The translations under genes and the position numbers were made by a program. The notes under the pieces were generated by a model. That model ran no database searches and had not been told where the DNA came from. It saw nothing but the letters and a program-made list of their open reading frames with translations. DNA of 64,000 nucleotides from Leidyana gryllorum EB-2025a (lineage: Eukaryota; Protista; Apicomplexa), in NCBI GenBank assembly GCA_048772705.1, contig JBLWGC010000230.1, positions 992,001 through 1,056,000 on the forward strand. Direction: 5' to 3'. Below, one piece after another: positions 11,814 through 23,374 of this stretch. Positions within the stretch are counted from its first letter, which is position 1. Each line of letters begins with the position of its first letter.

Positions 11814-14800
11814 CTATATGGATTTGACCTTTATACTGCACAGACGTTTGCTCGTTGGTCGTCCATGAGGGCAATTCCAAGGGTGTTCCAAGGTGCCGAG
11901 GTTACTGACTATTCTTCTCATCTTGTCTAATTGGAGAGCTGTGCCGAACATGACAGCTGAGCGGCACGCTCTGTGAGATAATTATAGAATTACGGGAGTT
12001 AAGAGGGGCTTACTTCATTGCCAGAATATTCCATAGTCGCGGTGGCCGTGGAAGCGTCCCTTGACGTCCAAAGCCCCACACCCCACCTGTGTTCTTGAGA
12101 GCACACGTCTCCAGACTTTCTGGGTTCTCTTCAGCCAAGATCTCCACGAGCTGTTCAAGATCGCGTTGAGTGAAGGCTACACCTTGAGTTACAGCAGTAC
12201 TAAGTAGCAGCAAGTTGTCTGCTGTGTCCCGGACAATGAAGCCATTGTGCCGCAGTATACTTTCAGCGTATGCGAGAGCTATACTCTTCTGTCGTGGGGT
12301 CAGAGACAACTTGATTGGGGCCATTAGTGGTTGCGTGGCAACCACCAACTGTTTGTTCAATGTTTCAAATCTGAGCCAAAAGATTGACATTGAATCGATG
12401 ACACCTCCCCTCACCTATGCTTTTCATCGGCTGCGTGTTGATCCACCAGGTATAGATCGATCAAGCCGTCTTGGCCTGGGGCTGCAGTAACAATAAAGCT
12501 GCTGTCAAAGCCGCCGACCACTCTCATCGACCGAAATATATCTCTCCCACCACCCGGTTCCTCGCTCTTCACACGCGCTTCGCCGTCCTCGGGTCCCATG
12601 CCGCCCTTGTCCAGTCGGCTTTTGAACTCCGCTAACAATGCTTCCGGATCACATTCGATGTATGTCTCCTCTTCACACTTCATTTTGGGGAGTGGCTGAC
12701 TGTACGAAGCGACCGACAATCCTACTGCAGAATTCTTGGGAGCCGTGGGCGTTTCTTCTTTCATCGGCAAAGTGGGCTGAGACGAGGAGACTGCGAAACT
12801 CCCCGGCCCGAATGTTGTGACTTTAGTGTTCCCTTCGATCATCTCCGATTCGGCGGAGATCGTACCCTCTGAGACTTCGAGGGGGGCGGGCAACTCGACG
12901 TTGTGAGGTTTCTCCGGTGCCATTTGGCAACTCGACGGACTCGTCTCTGTGACGTTGGGCTCTGACGTCGTGGCTCTCGTTCTACCGTGGAGCGCACTGT
13001 CGGTGTCCGGCTCTTCCGTTTCTGCTGCCTTCGTTGAGTCTATATCGCTCTCCGCGTCTTCTGCGTCTCCATCAGTGTCCATAGGGCCGTCTTCACCTCC
13101 CAATGGTCTCTCGGCCGTTTCCAATGGTCCTTCAGCCTCAACTCGAACCCCAACATCACTTTGGACATCGGTGTTTGAGGGGATCTCGGGCTCGGAGTCG
13201 TCAGCTTTAGGCGCGACCTCAGTTTGCAACCGGGCGGGGGGCATCTCGCCTGCTGATTGTTGAGGCCGTCTGGGAGCGTTGAAAGGCATCGGGGCTGTGA
13301 CGATGGGTGGTGAGGCGGTGTGCAAGCGGTAAGCGGTGCCCATTGCCCCGGCGAGTGTATTTTGTATCATGGGAGGCGGTGGGGGTGGTGATGGATGGAA
13401 CGTTTGAACTTTGTAGCGCTTCTTAGTGGGCTCCACAACGTCATTTGGCTGTTCGGATTGCGGCGGCAATGATGCAGGCTGACCGTTTGCCGCTTCAGGG
13501 GAGGTGGCTTCTTGTGTGACAGTGGGTTGAGAGTGCGAGACGCTCCCGCCTGCAGTTTGCAGATTGGGAGTTGCTAAGCTCTCCTGCGAACTCATTAGCC
13601 AATTTGAGGGACGTTTGCGAGTGGTATTGGTCCGGAGGTCGCCCACACCGGCGACTTCGGGCAAGAGTCTCTCGAGCTCAGCTCGGAGAGAACGCTCGAT
13701 CTCCATTTCATGTGGCAGAATAATCGTTCGTTTGTCGACCGACATATTGAAGTCGAGCACAGCGGTTGAGTCAGTGTACTGGAGATCGATATAACAACAC
13801 GCACAATGATGACTGGTGTGCCGTTTGAATAGTGTGTCAATCATCCTACACAATTGTGTGTGCGTGTGTGGCAGAGTGATTACACTTTACACTCACTTGA
13901 GGAGGGTGGGGGGGAAGTTGACCGGTTTACGGTTGACAGAGAAGAGACACACTTTGCCTTTGAGTGCTGTTCGTCCGCCGCGGCCACCCTGGGTGGATGT
14001 TTGCGACAAAGCGGCCATTTGTTGACTGGCGGAGTACCCCAATCTTGAAGACTTGTAGGTGGTGAGAGGGCGTTGCGGATTGGCAATGAAGCCCGAGATT
14101 GTCCAATTACAGTTTTCCACATTCAGACTGACCAATGATTCCTCGACTTGCGGCAAATTCCATAATTGGCCGAGCGCCTGACGAGGATCAGCAGTGTCCC
14201 CGGTGGTTTCGAAGACCACCTTGATAGAGTCAGCGACGTCTGCTGCTTTGGCGTGTCGAACAGTGAAGCGTATATCGGAGCTGCGTACAAAAGCAATCTC
14301 CTGCAGATAGGATACGGCCTCCGTGAAGGCTCTGGGGGCCTGTTTGCTCAAGTTGTTCGAGCGAATGTCTGCCCGTGAGAGGGGTTTGCAGACTTGGACT
14401 GTAGTCCCACAGTCTCGAGAGTCGACCAGCTGCAGTTTCTCAACATCGCCGATACTTTCGCCTCCCGCACTCAGCCGATACCGACTGCCCTCTTTAGTTT
14501 GAGTGGTTATAGCGACCTCTTCCGAGAGATAAGAAATGGCTGACAGAGCCTCTCCCTTTTAGACCAGTGACTGGGGAGTGTGGAAAGAGTCGAATGGCTT
14601 ACCCGAAAGCCCGTGGTCGACAGGGCGCCCGTAGTTAAATCTGTATGTGAAGTCAACTTGGTGGTTGTGTGCGGGACAAAAGCCCCTTTTAGCACCTCCG
14701 ACGACATGCCATGGCCATTGTCTTTGACGGTTACCGAGTCTCGGCCGTAATCGATGAAGAGTACGTCTGGGCTTCATGGGAAAAGTCGAGCACAGATGTC

Positions 14801-14930
14801 CCAGTTTACCTATGGAACCCGCCCCCGCATCAACCGCATTCTCCACGAGCTCCTTTATGACGCTGGGGAGGTCGAGGATAGCTTGTTCAGACTCGATGCG
14901 ACGGCAGTCCGATGCCGATAAGAACGGCAT
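11814..14930 (-). CDS. PMS1: MutL-family mismatch repair endonuclease PMS1/PMS2, multi-exon
   Basis: SVIKELVENAVDAGA (GHKL ATPase), endonuclease motif DQHAADEK, CRSAVMFG and PWNCPHGRPT. Confidence 0.93.
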
Positions 14931-14978
14931 TGGAAAAGGGGGGGAGTTTTCTGGCTCTGACCCAGCCAATTAGTTCTC

Positions 14979-15431
14979 ATGCGCTTGTTGGACTTGCTGG
15001 GAGCACTGCTAATTGGTCAAGTAGTGGCGCTGGATCTGCACCGGGCCGAGAGACTGCTTAGTCGCCATGTTTGGAGACTCCGTTTGCGCAAGGCGGTCCT
15101 AACTCTGTCGATGGACCCCGACGAGCTCAAAACTCTGCAAGCTGATGCATTGGGGAAAGCCACTCAGCCCCTGAGTGCCTTGTATGACGAGTTTGCCAGT
15201 CTAGACTTCCAACTGCGCGGCCTTCGCATGACGACTAGTTTAGATTTCAATGTGGCAGATCCGTTGAACAACTTTGTACAGTCCTGCCGGCGGGCTGTTG
15301 AGACCAACGAAGGTCTCAGTCAAAAGCTGGCTGCATCTCTCTGTGTGGTCAGTTTGCAGGAACTCTGCGCTTTCGAGCGCGTGTCCAGTGAGCCAGTCTG
15401 CACTGAGCTGCAGACGGTCACAACGCTGTAG
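14979..15431 (+). CDS. Hypothetical protein
   Basis: 150-aa ATG ORF with helical character, divergent from PMS1. No family recognised. Confidence 0.45.
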   Translation: MRLLDLLGALLIGQVVALDLHRAERLLSRHVWRLRLRKAVLTLSMDPDELKTLQADALGKATQPLSALYDEFASLDFQLRGLRMTTSLDFNVADPLNNFVQSCRRAVETNEGLSQKLAASLCVVSLQELCAFERVSSEPVCTELQTVTTL

Positions 15432-15559
15432 TGCTGAGCTAGATATCGCAGACATTTGTTGCATTTGCGTGTACGGCGCGCGCATTGAGACACGAACAGG
15501 GATCTACTTTGTTCGCACGAACTGTGTGGAAGTTTAAAGCTTGTATATAATATTTCGCG

Positions 15560-17509
15560 ATGGGTAGTCTCATGCTTTACTCTTTGGTAGCGCTGCTTGG
15601 CGTGGCGGCGGGACAACGACAGCCTCGGTACGAGGGTCTACCAGGATCGGACTACATTCCCCGTAAAAGCGTGCAATGGCCTCGACCTAAATCCGGATAT
15701 GTCCCGAGGGCGGGAACGAATCATCTGTGTTTGGATGACATACCGGTTCCCACGCTCAGTTTGTCCAATGACATTCCGGCTGATGGACGAACCATTTTCG
15801 AGATGTCCTTCTCGGAACTCCTGTACGTGCTCGGGAAGTCTAACTCGCGTCAATCAGACTGCCTGAAACCGACGGCTGATCAACCAGCTTCTACCACGAA
15901 GAAATTGATTAGCAAAGTAGAGGTGGTGGTGAAAGGTGCGGCGGAGGGCCGCAGTGATTTGGGTGCTGAGGTCGATGAGTCCTACACGTTGAAGGTAGCT
16001 GAAAGTGGAATTGTCATTGAGGCTCCGACCGTCTTTGGTGCCCGTCACGCGATTACGACGTTGATTAACATGTTGGAGGTGCGCAATTTTTCGCCTCCAG
16101 CTGCGAATCATTATGCTGATCGTATCCCGTCCGGGAACGATTGGCATTGGATCTTACCCTACAACGAATTTACCATCACTGACGAGCCACGTTTGTCGCA
16201 TCGCGGTGTTATGATTGACACAGCCCGACATTATCAAGAATGGGATGATCTGTACAAAGTGGTGGACGGTTTGAGTCGTTCCAAGATGAATGTGCTCCAC
16301 TGGCACGCCACTGACGATCAGTCCTTCCCCTTGGTGTTGGAGAAGTCTCGGGATATAATTCACGGCCCCACCTGCAGCAAGGGCGATCTGGACGGGATGT
16401 GCCATGGAGCCTACAACCCTTACATGACCTATCACCAGGAGGACGTGGTGGAGTTTATCGACTATGCGCGCAAGAGAGGTGTACGAGTTATGATCGAGAT
16501 TGACCAGCCGTCTCATGCTCGATCATGGGCCAATCTGAAACCGGAGCTTCGAGATTGTGATACCATAGATCATCAAGTTGAAGGATACTGTGTCCAACCG
16601 ATCTGTGGCCCGCTCAATCTCGCAGGAAAGTACGACGAGGTGCGTAAATTGGCCGATGCCATTCTGGAAGACTGGATGGAACTGACACCCAACGAGATCA
16701 TCCACATTGGTATGGACGAAATTGGTGCCGACTGCTGGACTGCGGAGACCCGAGACGAGCTCTCAGCCAAATGGTTGGCTGATTCCGTCGCGTCTATCCA
16801 GAAGATCAACCAGAAGGCCGACGTTATGGTGTGGCAGGACGGTCTGGTCTTCCCGACTGGTGTTGAAGTACCCGAGATTGCCTCGAAGGTTATGACTCAA
16901 GTTTGGAACAAGGCTGAGGACGCCAAGACGTATCTCGAAGAAGGCCGTGACATTGTGTGGTCGAGCTACGAGGGTATGTATCTCGACTGCGGGCGCGGTA
17001 ACACTGCTATACCGACATTCAACTCGTGGTGTGGTCTGTACAAGACCTGGTGGGATGTATACAAACAAACCCCAGATCTCACCATTGACTACGACAGAAA
17101 CAAGACTGGCGTTGGCAGAGTGCGCGGCGGCGAGACCCCTCTGTGGGCGGAACAGACCGATACCTCCAACCTCCATACCCTCTTGTGGCCCCGTGTATCC
17201 GCGTGGGGTGGTGCCTCGTGGGAGGCGAGAACCGAAGCCCCCAAGGATCCGGGCAGCGTCGAGGAAGCCGAACCCGTCCTGTTCGCCCAACACCAATTGG
17301 CTGCTTTCAGCAACATGATGGCCCAAGACGCAGGTATCCGTCACACCCCAATGTTTGTGCAGTGGTGCATATTCGAAGACGAGGAAATGTGTGATCGGTT
17401 TACTCATTCATTCTATACTCCAAGTGCCCCTGGAGACAACAGTGGGGCTCCGGCAAAGATCGCCCAGCTGGCCGTGGGCGGTATGCTGATTGCAGCATTT
17501 AACGTTTGA
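15560..17509 (+). CDS. Secreted, probably GPI-anchored GH20 beta-N-acetylhexosaminidase; intronless
   Basis: Signal peptide, DESYTL, HRGVMIDTARHY, KMNVLHWHATDDQSFP, catalytic HIGMDE, YLDCG...SWC..YKTW, GGETPLWAE and LWPR. Hydrophobic C-terminus. Confidence 0.95.
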   Translation: MGSLMLYSLVALLGVAAGQRQPRYEGLPGSDYIPRKSVQWPRPKSGYVPRAGTNHLCLDDIPVPTLSLSNDIPADGRTIFEMSFSELLYVLGKSNSRQSDCLKPTADQPASTTKKLISKVEVVVKGAAEGRSDLGAEVDESYTLKVAESGIVIEAPTVFGARHAITTLINMLEVRNFSPPAANHYADRIPSGNDWHWILPYNEFTITDEPRLSHRGVMIDTARHYQEWDDLYKVVDGLSRSKMNVLHWHATDDQSFPLVLEKSRDIIHGPTCSKGDLDGMCHGAYNPYMTYHQEDVVEFIDYARKRGVRVMIEIDQPSHARSWANLKPELRDCDTIDHQVEGYCVQPICGPLNLAGKYDEVRKLADAILEDWMELTPNEIIHIGMDEIGADCWTAETRDELSAKWLADSVASIQKINQKADVMVWQDGLVFPTGVEVPEIASKVMTQVWNKAEDAKTYLEEGRDIVWSSYEGMYLDCGRGNTAIPTFNSWCGLYKTWWDVYKQTPDLTIDYDRNKTGVGRVRGGETPLWAEQTDTSNLHTLLWPRVSAWGGASWEARTEAPKDPGSVEEAEPVLFAQHQLAAFSNMMAQDAGIRHTPMFVQWCIFEDEEMCDRFTHSFYTPSAPGDNSGAPAKIAQLAVGGMLIAAFNV

Positions 17510-17925
17510 TGGCGCTTTGGCATGTGACTGTCAAACGAGAGGGAACCCCACTTTGCAAGTGACAACAAGTTGTGCGACAGGCAGACATTTGCCGAAGAGA
17601 CGTTGAACTTTTTGTCTCGGCCGATACTCAATGACTGTACTGCGCATATCAAAGCGAATCTGTGTTTGAACCGAAAGATCTTCCAATTTTTCCCCCAAAA
17701 AATCCGAGTGAGGCAGGCACACGCACTCCCCCTACACATTTGTGACGACACGTTGACAATTTTCCAGTGAGAGACAGGAAGTCTCCATAACATAAAAAGT
17801 ATCCGACCACTCAATCTCTCTCTCGCTCGCTCTCTGTCTGTGTCTGTGTCACTGTCACTGGGTGATTGGCACAGCCCCCTTATTGGAAGGTACTGACGCG
17901 ACATATATACATATCGGACAATCAA

Positions 17926-18473
17926 AGTGAGTGGCCAAGAAAAGTTTGCCGACATTGCTGGTGTGTGCAGTGGACGATAGACGTCTGGCAGCATGGATCG
18001 GGGGAGGCGTGGCCATTATCGTTGTCCTCGCTCTACTTTGTATGGGTCTCTGCTGTTGTATGCGGTGCTGTTGGTGCCGCAAGAAGGATAGTGGCAAGAT
18101 GGAGTTGGAGAAGGAAAAGGAGAAACGGCGCACAGCCGAGGCCGAGGCTGAAAAGGCTCGTCAACAAAGACTCAACGGAGCCCAGCAGGTTGTCGTTGTC
18201 AAAGAACCCGCACCTCGTCCCTCGCAACAGGGCCCAGCTTCTGTCACTGTGCAGGTGGTATCTCCACCTATGAGCCCGGCTATGCCGCCGGCTCCACCCC
18301 CATCGGCCCCACCGATGTATGCCACGCATCAACAACCACCCTATGGATATCCAACGCCACCACCCCCGCCAGGGCATCATGGCTACGGACATCCGCCGCC
18401 GCCCCCACCCCCGCCACACTACGGGTATCCTCCCCCACCACCCCCGCCACCCCAACAGGGCTATTACCACTGA
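17926..18473 (+). CDS. Small membrane protein: TM helix, Cys cluster, short coiled coil and Pro/Tyr-rich tail; ATG probably split by intron 17927-17970
   Basis: WIGGGVAIIVVLALLCMGLCCCMRCCWC followed by PPPPP/YGYP low complexity. A GTGAGT...GCAG intron lies at 17927-17970. Confidence 0.7.
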
Positions 18474-18951
18474 ACCACGCGACAAAGTTTTACAAGGTAG
18501 GCCGCACAAGACCGGCCGTTCTTTCAAACCTGACCACATATATCAAAGTGGTCCACACCGACCACACACACACACACGTAACACTGACCCTCTTTTTTGA
18601 TTGATTGACTGACTGACCGACTGACCAACCCACCCACCGGGACCATTCATCATCATATGGGGTGTCTGGAGGTAGTTACTCTGTGTAGCCTCCGAATTTG
18701 TTGTATATATAGACACACACAAAGTCAGCTGTCCCAGAGCTTTTTCGTTTGGTCTCAGGAGAGAACCACCAGAGGATCTGTCTGTGAAAGAGGCGATGAA
18801 GTTCAGATCTGCTGTCGCTTTCGACGGCCGAGCGAGGAGGAGTGTGACCCCGTTGTGTTGTGTGTGTAAGGTTTGTTGTTGTGACCAATTTTGGGTGAGA
18901 CCCACAAATCCCAGTTCAACACCACAATTTGTTTTCACGATCTGACTTTGT

Positions 18952-21900
18952 ATGACAAAGGTTTGCTACATACCTTTCGACACCTCCGCGTCCACAGGTG
19001 GGACGGGTATCGTAAGCGTAGCACTGCCGGCACTTACTGCCGGTTTGGGCAAGTGGTCGCCGACGGCTGAGTCTAGTGAGGGGTTGCAGCAGTCTAGAGG
19101 TGGGTTAGTGCTCCACTCAAACACTCAATATAACCGCAATTCTCTCACAGGTAAAAAACGAAGAGGGATTGCAGCGCCATCCGTGCTCGAATTGTCCCAA
19201 TCGAAGGAGATTCTGCAACAACATCAAGAGTTTCAAGTTGGGTTACAAACAGCCTTTCCCTATGTAGAGTCGTGGACATCATTGACTCGCGGCACCACAA
19301 TTGTGCAACATGGCCGAGGACACATCGGCCCTGAGAAATCCCCCATCACCATTGAGCTGCATAACTATGGAGGACCCCATTCTCGCCAACAGCTGGCAGA
19401 AGCTGAGTCGCTGATCAAGAAAAGTCTCATACTCCACTGCAACTTCCAAAAACGCAAATGGCCCAACTCCATCACAGTGATCCATCCACACCCTGGCCGA
19501 GCCGCAGTGCTCATGACTCTCCAGGAAGGATCTCACACCTCATGTTTTTGGTACAGTGTCAACCCCAGAATGGCGGTCACAGACCGGAAGATCGTCAAAA
19601 GCAGGAGGATATCTATGGCCAAAGAAGTCAGCAACGGGGCACACAACCCGGGATTCGCTCAATTAGAATTGTATCGTAAAGGTAAGATCGTCCCATTGAT
19701 TCGGCTCAGATTTCTCTCTCAGCTCCAATCATTGACACAGCGGTCCTTCACGTCTTCAAAACCACCGCCCAATTCGCAACCCTCAAGACCTCCATGGATC
19801 TACAGCGAGGGTGGATCCGCCCATGGGACAATCCAGACTGGGAACCTGTGGGGGTCTTCAACAGCGCCGTCTGGGCTCCTGAAATGTGCACACTGCCGCC
19901 TCTCCACTGCTCCGATCGCAACGTTCAGCCACCGCAATTATCATCCGTGCCCCAAGAAACGGTAAACGAGCACTGTAACCCCGACTCGACATCTCCCAAG
20001 ACTGCATCACAAACGTCTCCCCAAACAGGCCCAGCAACGTCACGGCAGACTGAAGCACACACGTCTCCCCAGTCGGGATCAGCAACGTCCCTGCAGACTG
20101 CATCCTCCAATAAGGATATCTCGCTGATGACCAATCATCTTCATTTGTATCCCTCCAACACCACTTTCTGGTCAGAATTCCGTTTGGAAGTGCCAGACCG
20201 AAGATCCCAAGCGTCGCCGAGCGAGTCATCGGGAGTACAACCGTCACCAGTCGTTAGCCCCATTACCGAAAAGGCTGAGTATTCTTTCGTCCGACGGTCA
20301 CCAACAGGCACCCCGAGTGGTCAGACCTCACCACCCCGACGGTCACCCGCAAGCACTCCGGCGACGTCGGGTGGTCAGGCGGTACGGCGGTCGCCATCAA
20401 TCACTCCGGCGACGTCGGGTGGTCAGGCGGTACGGCGGTCGCCATCAATCACTCCGGCGACGTCGGGTGGTCAGGCGGTACGGCGGTCGCCATCAATCAC
20501 TCCGGCGACGTCGGGTGGTCAGACCTCACCACCCCGACGGTCACCCGCAAGCACTCCGGCGACGTCGAGTGGTCAGACTTCACCACCCCGACGGTCACCC
20601 GCAAGCACCCCGGTGACGCAGGGTGGTCAGGCGGTACGGCGGTCGCCATCAGTCACCCCGGTACGGCGATCACCCACAAGCACCCCGATGTCAGCTGTTG
20701 CGGAGGTCCCATCGGTACCCTCGTCAGAAGCCAACACCCTGGACGAAATCCCTATGAGCAACATAACACCAGCACAGAGAGCGATCCGAGAAATTGAACG
20801 AAGCGTTGGATTTGACGCCGATACCGTCGAGGTCCGATGGATGAAAGATCTGAAAATGTCGACTGACATGTCTGGCACGCCAATTCGGGGGATCAATCCT
20901 AAAGTTGCGTCTTGGCTGAGGATTGAGCACGTGAGAGGTCCCCAAGAAGGAGAGGTAGACAAGAATGTGTTCAAGTTCACTTCACCAAAACCGGGGTTCC
21001 CTCCGACAATTGTTCCTGCTGTCCCTATTCAGAAGGGCAGAGCTGTCATGATTCAGATTGGGGAGACCTTCTTCTGTGTGAACTTGCCCAAGAAGAGTGA
21101 GCCCACCAAGTATCTGAGCGAGTTGTGCGAAGCCAGAAAATCGCACATCCTTCGAGCTTTGTGCGTCAAGGAGGGGCCAAAACTCTTCCTCGTGACTAAA
21201 GAGAGTGTTGCAACTGTTATACCGGAAGTCGCGGCCGATGGCACCGTGAAGGCGGTACCGCAATCTGTACAGGATGGCCCTATGTACCAGCAGTTCTTGG
21301 AGAAGATTCCTAGTCTGAGGAGGATCCTTGGGGAGATTTTTGATGTCGAGAGCTGTCGCGACGCAGAGGAATCGAAACGCTTTCGTGAAAGAATCCGGGC
21401 AGACTTGAAACACTCGAAAGTCCCGAGCGGTGACCCCATTGAGTACCCGAATAATGGTCAACCGGGGCTGCAGCGACAAACCCGAGCTACGCAGTCAGCT
21501 CGAATGCCCTCCCGTGAGGTTCGGCCTCCCCAAACCTTCCGAAGCCGTCTTGAGATCGCTGTCGGGGAGAAGGGTGGGTTGGCCCAGAGGGCGGCCTCGT
21601 ATAGGTACCCTGCATCAGCCGCAAATGGCAGAGACCATTCTTTGGCGCCCAAGTACACACCTCCAGTCGATGCTGTGCATGACAGTGGGCCATCACTACC
21701 CCCACGGCGTACTGCCTCGTCTCGAGGAAAAGTACCGCCCTCCCGAAATGCGATCTTCGCGCCAGTCGAACATCCGCTATCAAGAGCGCCTTCTCAGCCT
21801 CGCGACCGATATGTTGTAATGAATGGATTCCCCCCTCATCTCCATGAGGATGCGGCTCTCAGCAGATCACAATCACAACGCCCGCCTCCCCGGACACGCG

Positions 21901-22466
21901 ACGGATATGTCGTGATGACTGGATCTGACCCCCATATCTATGAGGAGCCGGCTCTGGGAAGGTCACACTCACAACGCCCGCCCCCAATGATCGATGGATA
22001 TGTGGTGCCCAGAAGTCCGCCCCGTATCGATGAGGAGCCGGCTCTGAGAAGATCCCATTCGCAACGGCCAGCCCCCATACCCCATGGGTATGTCGTGAAG
22101 CCTGGAAGCCCCCCCCGCATCCCTGAAGAGCCAGCCGTGAGAAGGTCGCAGTCACAACGCCCAGCGCATCAAAATTTGGAAAATCCTCAGACTCCGCCGC
22201 GAACGGTCGACGGAAGACCCGGTGGGGACCATCTCTCTATCACAGGCGACCGTGCTCACATAGACGGGCGCTGGGCAAATCCGATACCAAATCCGTTTGC
22301 ACAGCAGTGGTCGCTGGTAGAATTGCGATCCCAGCGAGCAGGAAGGCCCGTGAGCGCCGGGTATCAAGCGAAAACCGCAAGTGAATTGTCAAGAAACGAT
22401 GTGGTGGCAAAATGGCTGTCGATGGGTGACGCACTCGGCGAAGAAAACAATTCTGGATGGCAGTAA
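18952..22466 (+). CDS. Large repeat-rich hypothetical protein (about 1100 aa); intron 19682-19722
   Basis: A 41-nt GTAAGA...CTCAG intron joins the 18952 ORF in frame to the 19794 ORF frame. It carries two internal repeat arrays. Confidence 0.7.
20292..20690 (+). repeat. Coding tandem repeats of 48/57 bp (RRSPSITPATSGGQAV and RRSPASTPATSGGQTSPP-type units)
   Basis: About 8 RRSP-containing units are directly visible, several identical at DNA level. Confidence 0.9.
21800..22165 (+). repeat. Coding repeats of about 30 aa (EEPALxRSHSQRPxP...GYVV)
   Basis: Four degenerate copies are visible in the translation and in the DNA (gaggagccggctctg...caacgccc). Confidence 0.85.
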
Positions 22467-22761
22467 TCTTCAACAATGTGAACGCCGAATTTGCCATCAT
22501 GCAATGACTAATAACTTTGACGATATGTATCTCTATCTTCGTGCTGCTTATTGTAAAACTGAGGGGAACGCACTTATACTTATGTGACAGTGTTCGATCG
22601 TTCGAACACACACACGACAGATCATTTCAATTGAATTATTGGGGCATTCGCACGATGTGCGCTACACAAGCTAGTAGGAACACACTCCTCCGAGCACACG
22701 TGGTACGGTCTTTGGGCACTCTATAGTCTACAGCACCGTGTGTGATTGGATAAGTATCGAG

Positions 22762-23374
22762 ATGCGTGTTTTCATAGCATGTCTCCTCCCATGGACAATT
22801 CTCGGTTTGGATTTTGGTGTCAAGACAAATTTGCGTGGTGGTGTTCCAACGGGAGATGAGACTTTTCTGCGCATTGCAGACGCTGAAAGCGTCAAACCCG
22901 ACCTCTCACAGGTACTCGAGTTGAAACTTGTTTCTTTCTCAAATGACACTCTAGGGGGTCGAGCTCAGCATGAGCGCTGAGGGCAGTTCCGTTCAACGCC
23001 GTCTGTTACGAGCAGTACAGGGTGGCAGGGTGGCGATATCCTTCCCCGACGCTCCCGAAGTGCAAGTACGGGCGCACGAGAACTTATGGATGGCAGGGAC
23101 GGATGTCGAGTACATTGAAGATGAAGGTTCTCATTATTGGGAGGACTCATCCGAGCGAGTCTTCCGATTGGTTCGCGATATCTGGTCTTGGAGACCAACA
23201 GAAGTTGAGCGGTCGACTTCTTTTACGACGTTCACCTTCCCCACACATCCCGATTACACCCCCATGGACAAAATATGGTGGTGTGTCAAAATGTCCCTGC
23301 CTGTGTCATTCTTGTTATTTTCGGTTTTGCATCCTGTGATGAAATCCGTATATGAACTAACTCACACTTACTAA
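22762..23374 (+). CDS. Small secreted/membrane hypothetical protein, copy 1; intron about 22912-22954
   Basis: Signal-like MRVFIACLLPWTILG. A GT-AG intron joins in frame to MSAEGSSV...ELTHTY. Hydrophobic stretch near the C-terminus. Confidence 0.6.

Noticed and set aside
18560-18640. Microsatellites (CA)n and (TGAC)n; also (GA)n near 54905 and (GATC)n near 25441 and 55252
   Set aside because: These are ordinary simple repeats in UTRs and introns.
19680-19965. Overlapping ORFs suggesting a programmed frameshift
   Set aside because: A 41-nt GT-AG intron explains it. The same applies to the ORF breaks in ATG7, GPI and RPL8.
20292-20690. Regularly spaced repeats resembling a CRISPR array (also 27240-27460 and 29223-29375)
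   Set aside because: The units are contiguous multiples of 3 inside ORFs, with no unique spacers and no cas genes, in eukaryotic DNA.
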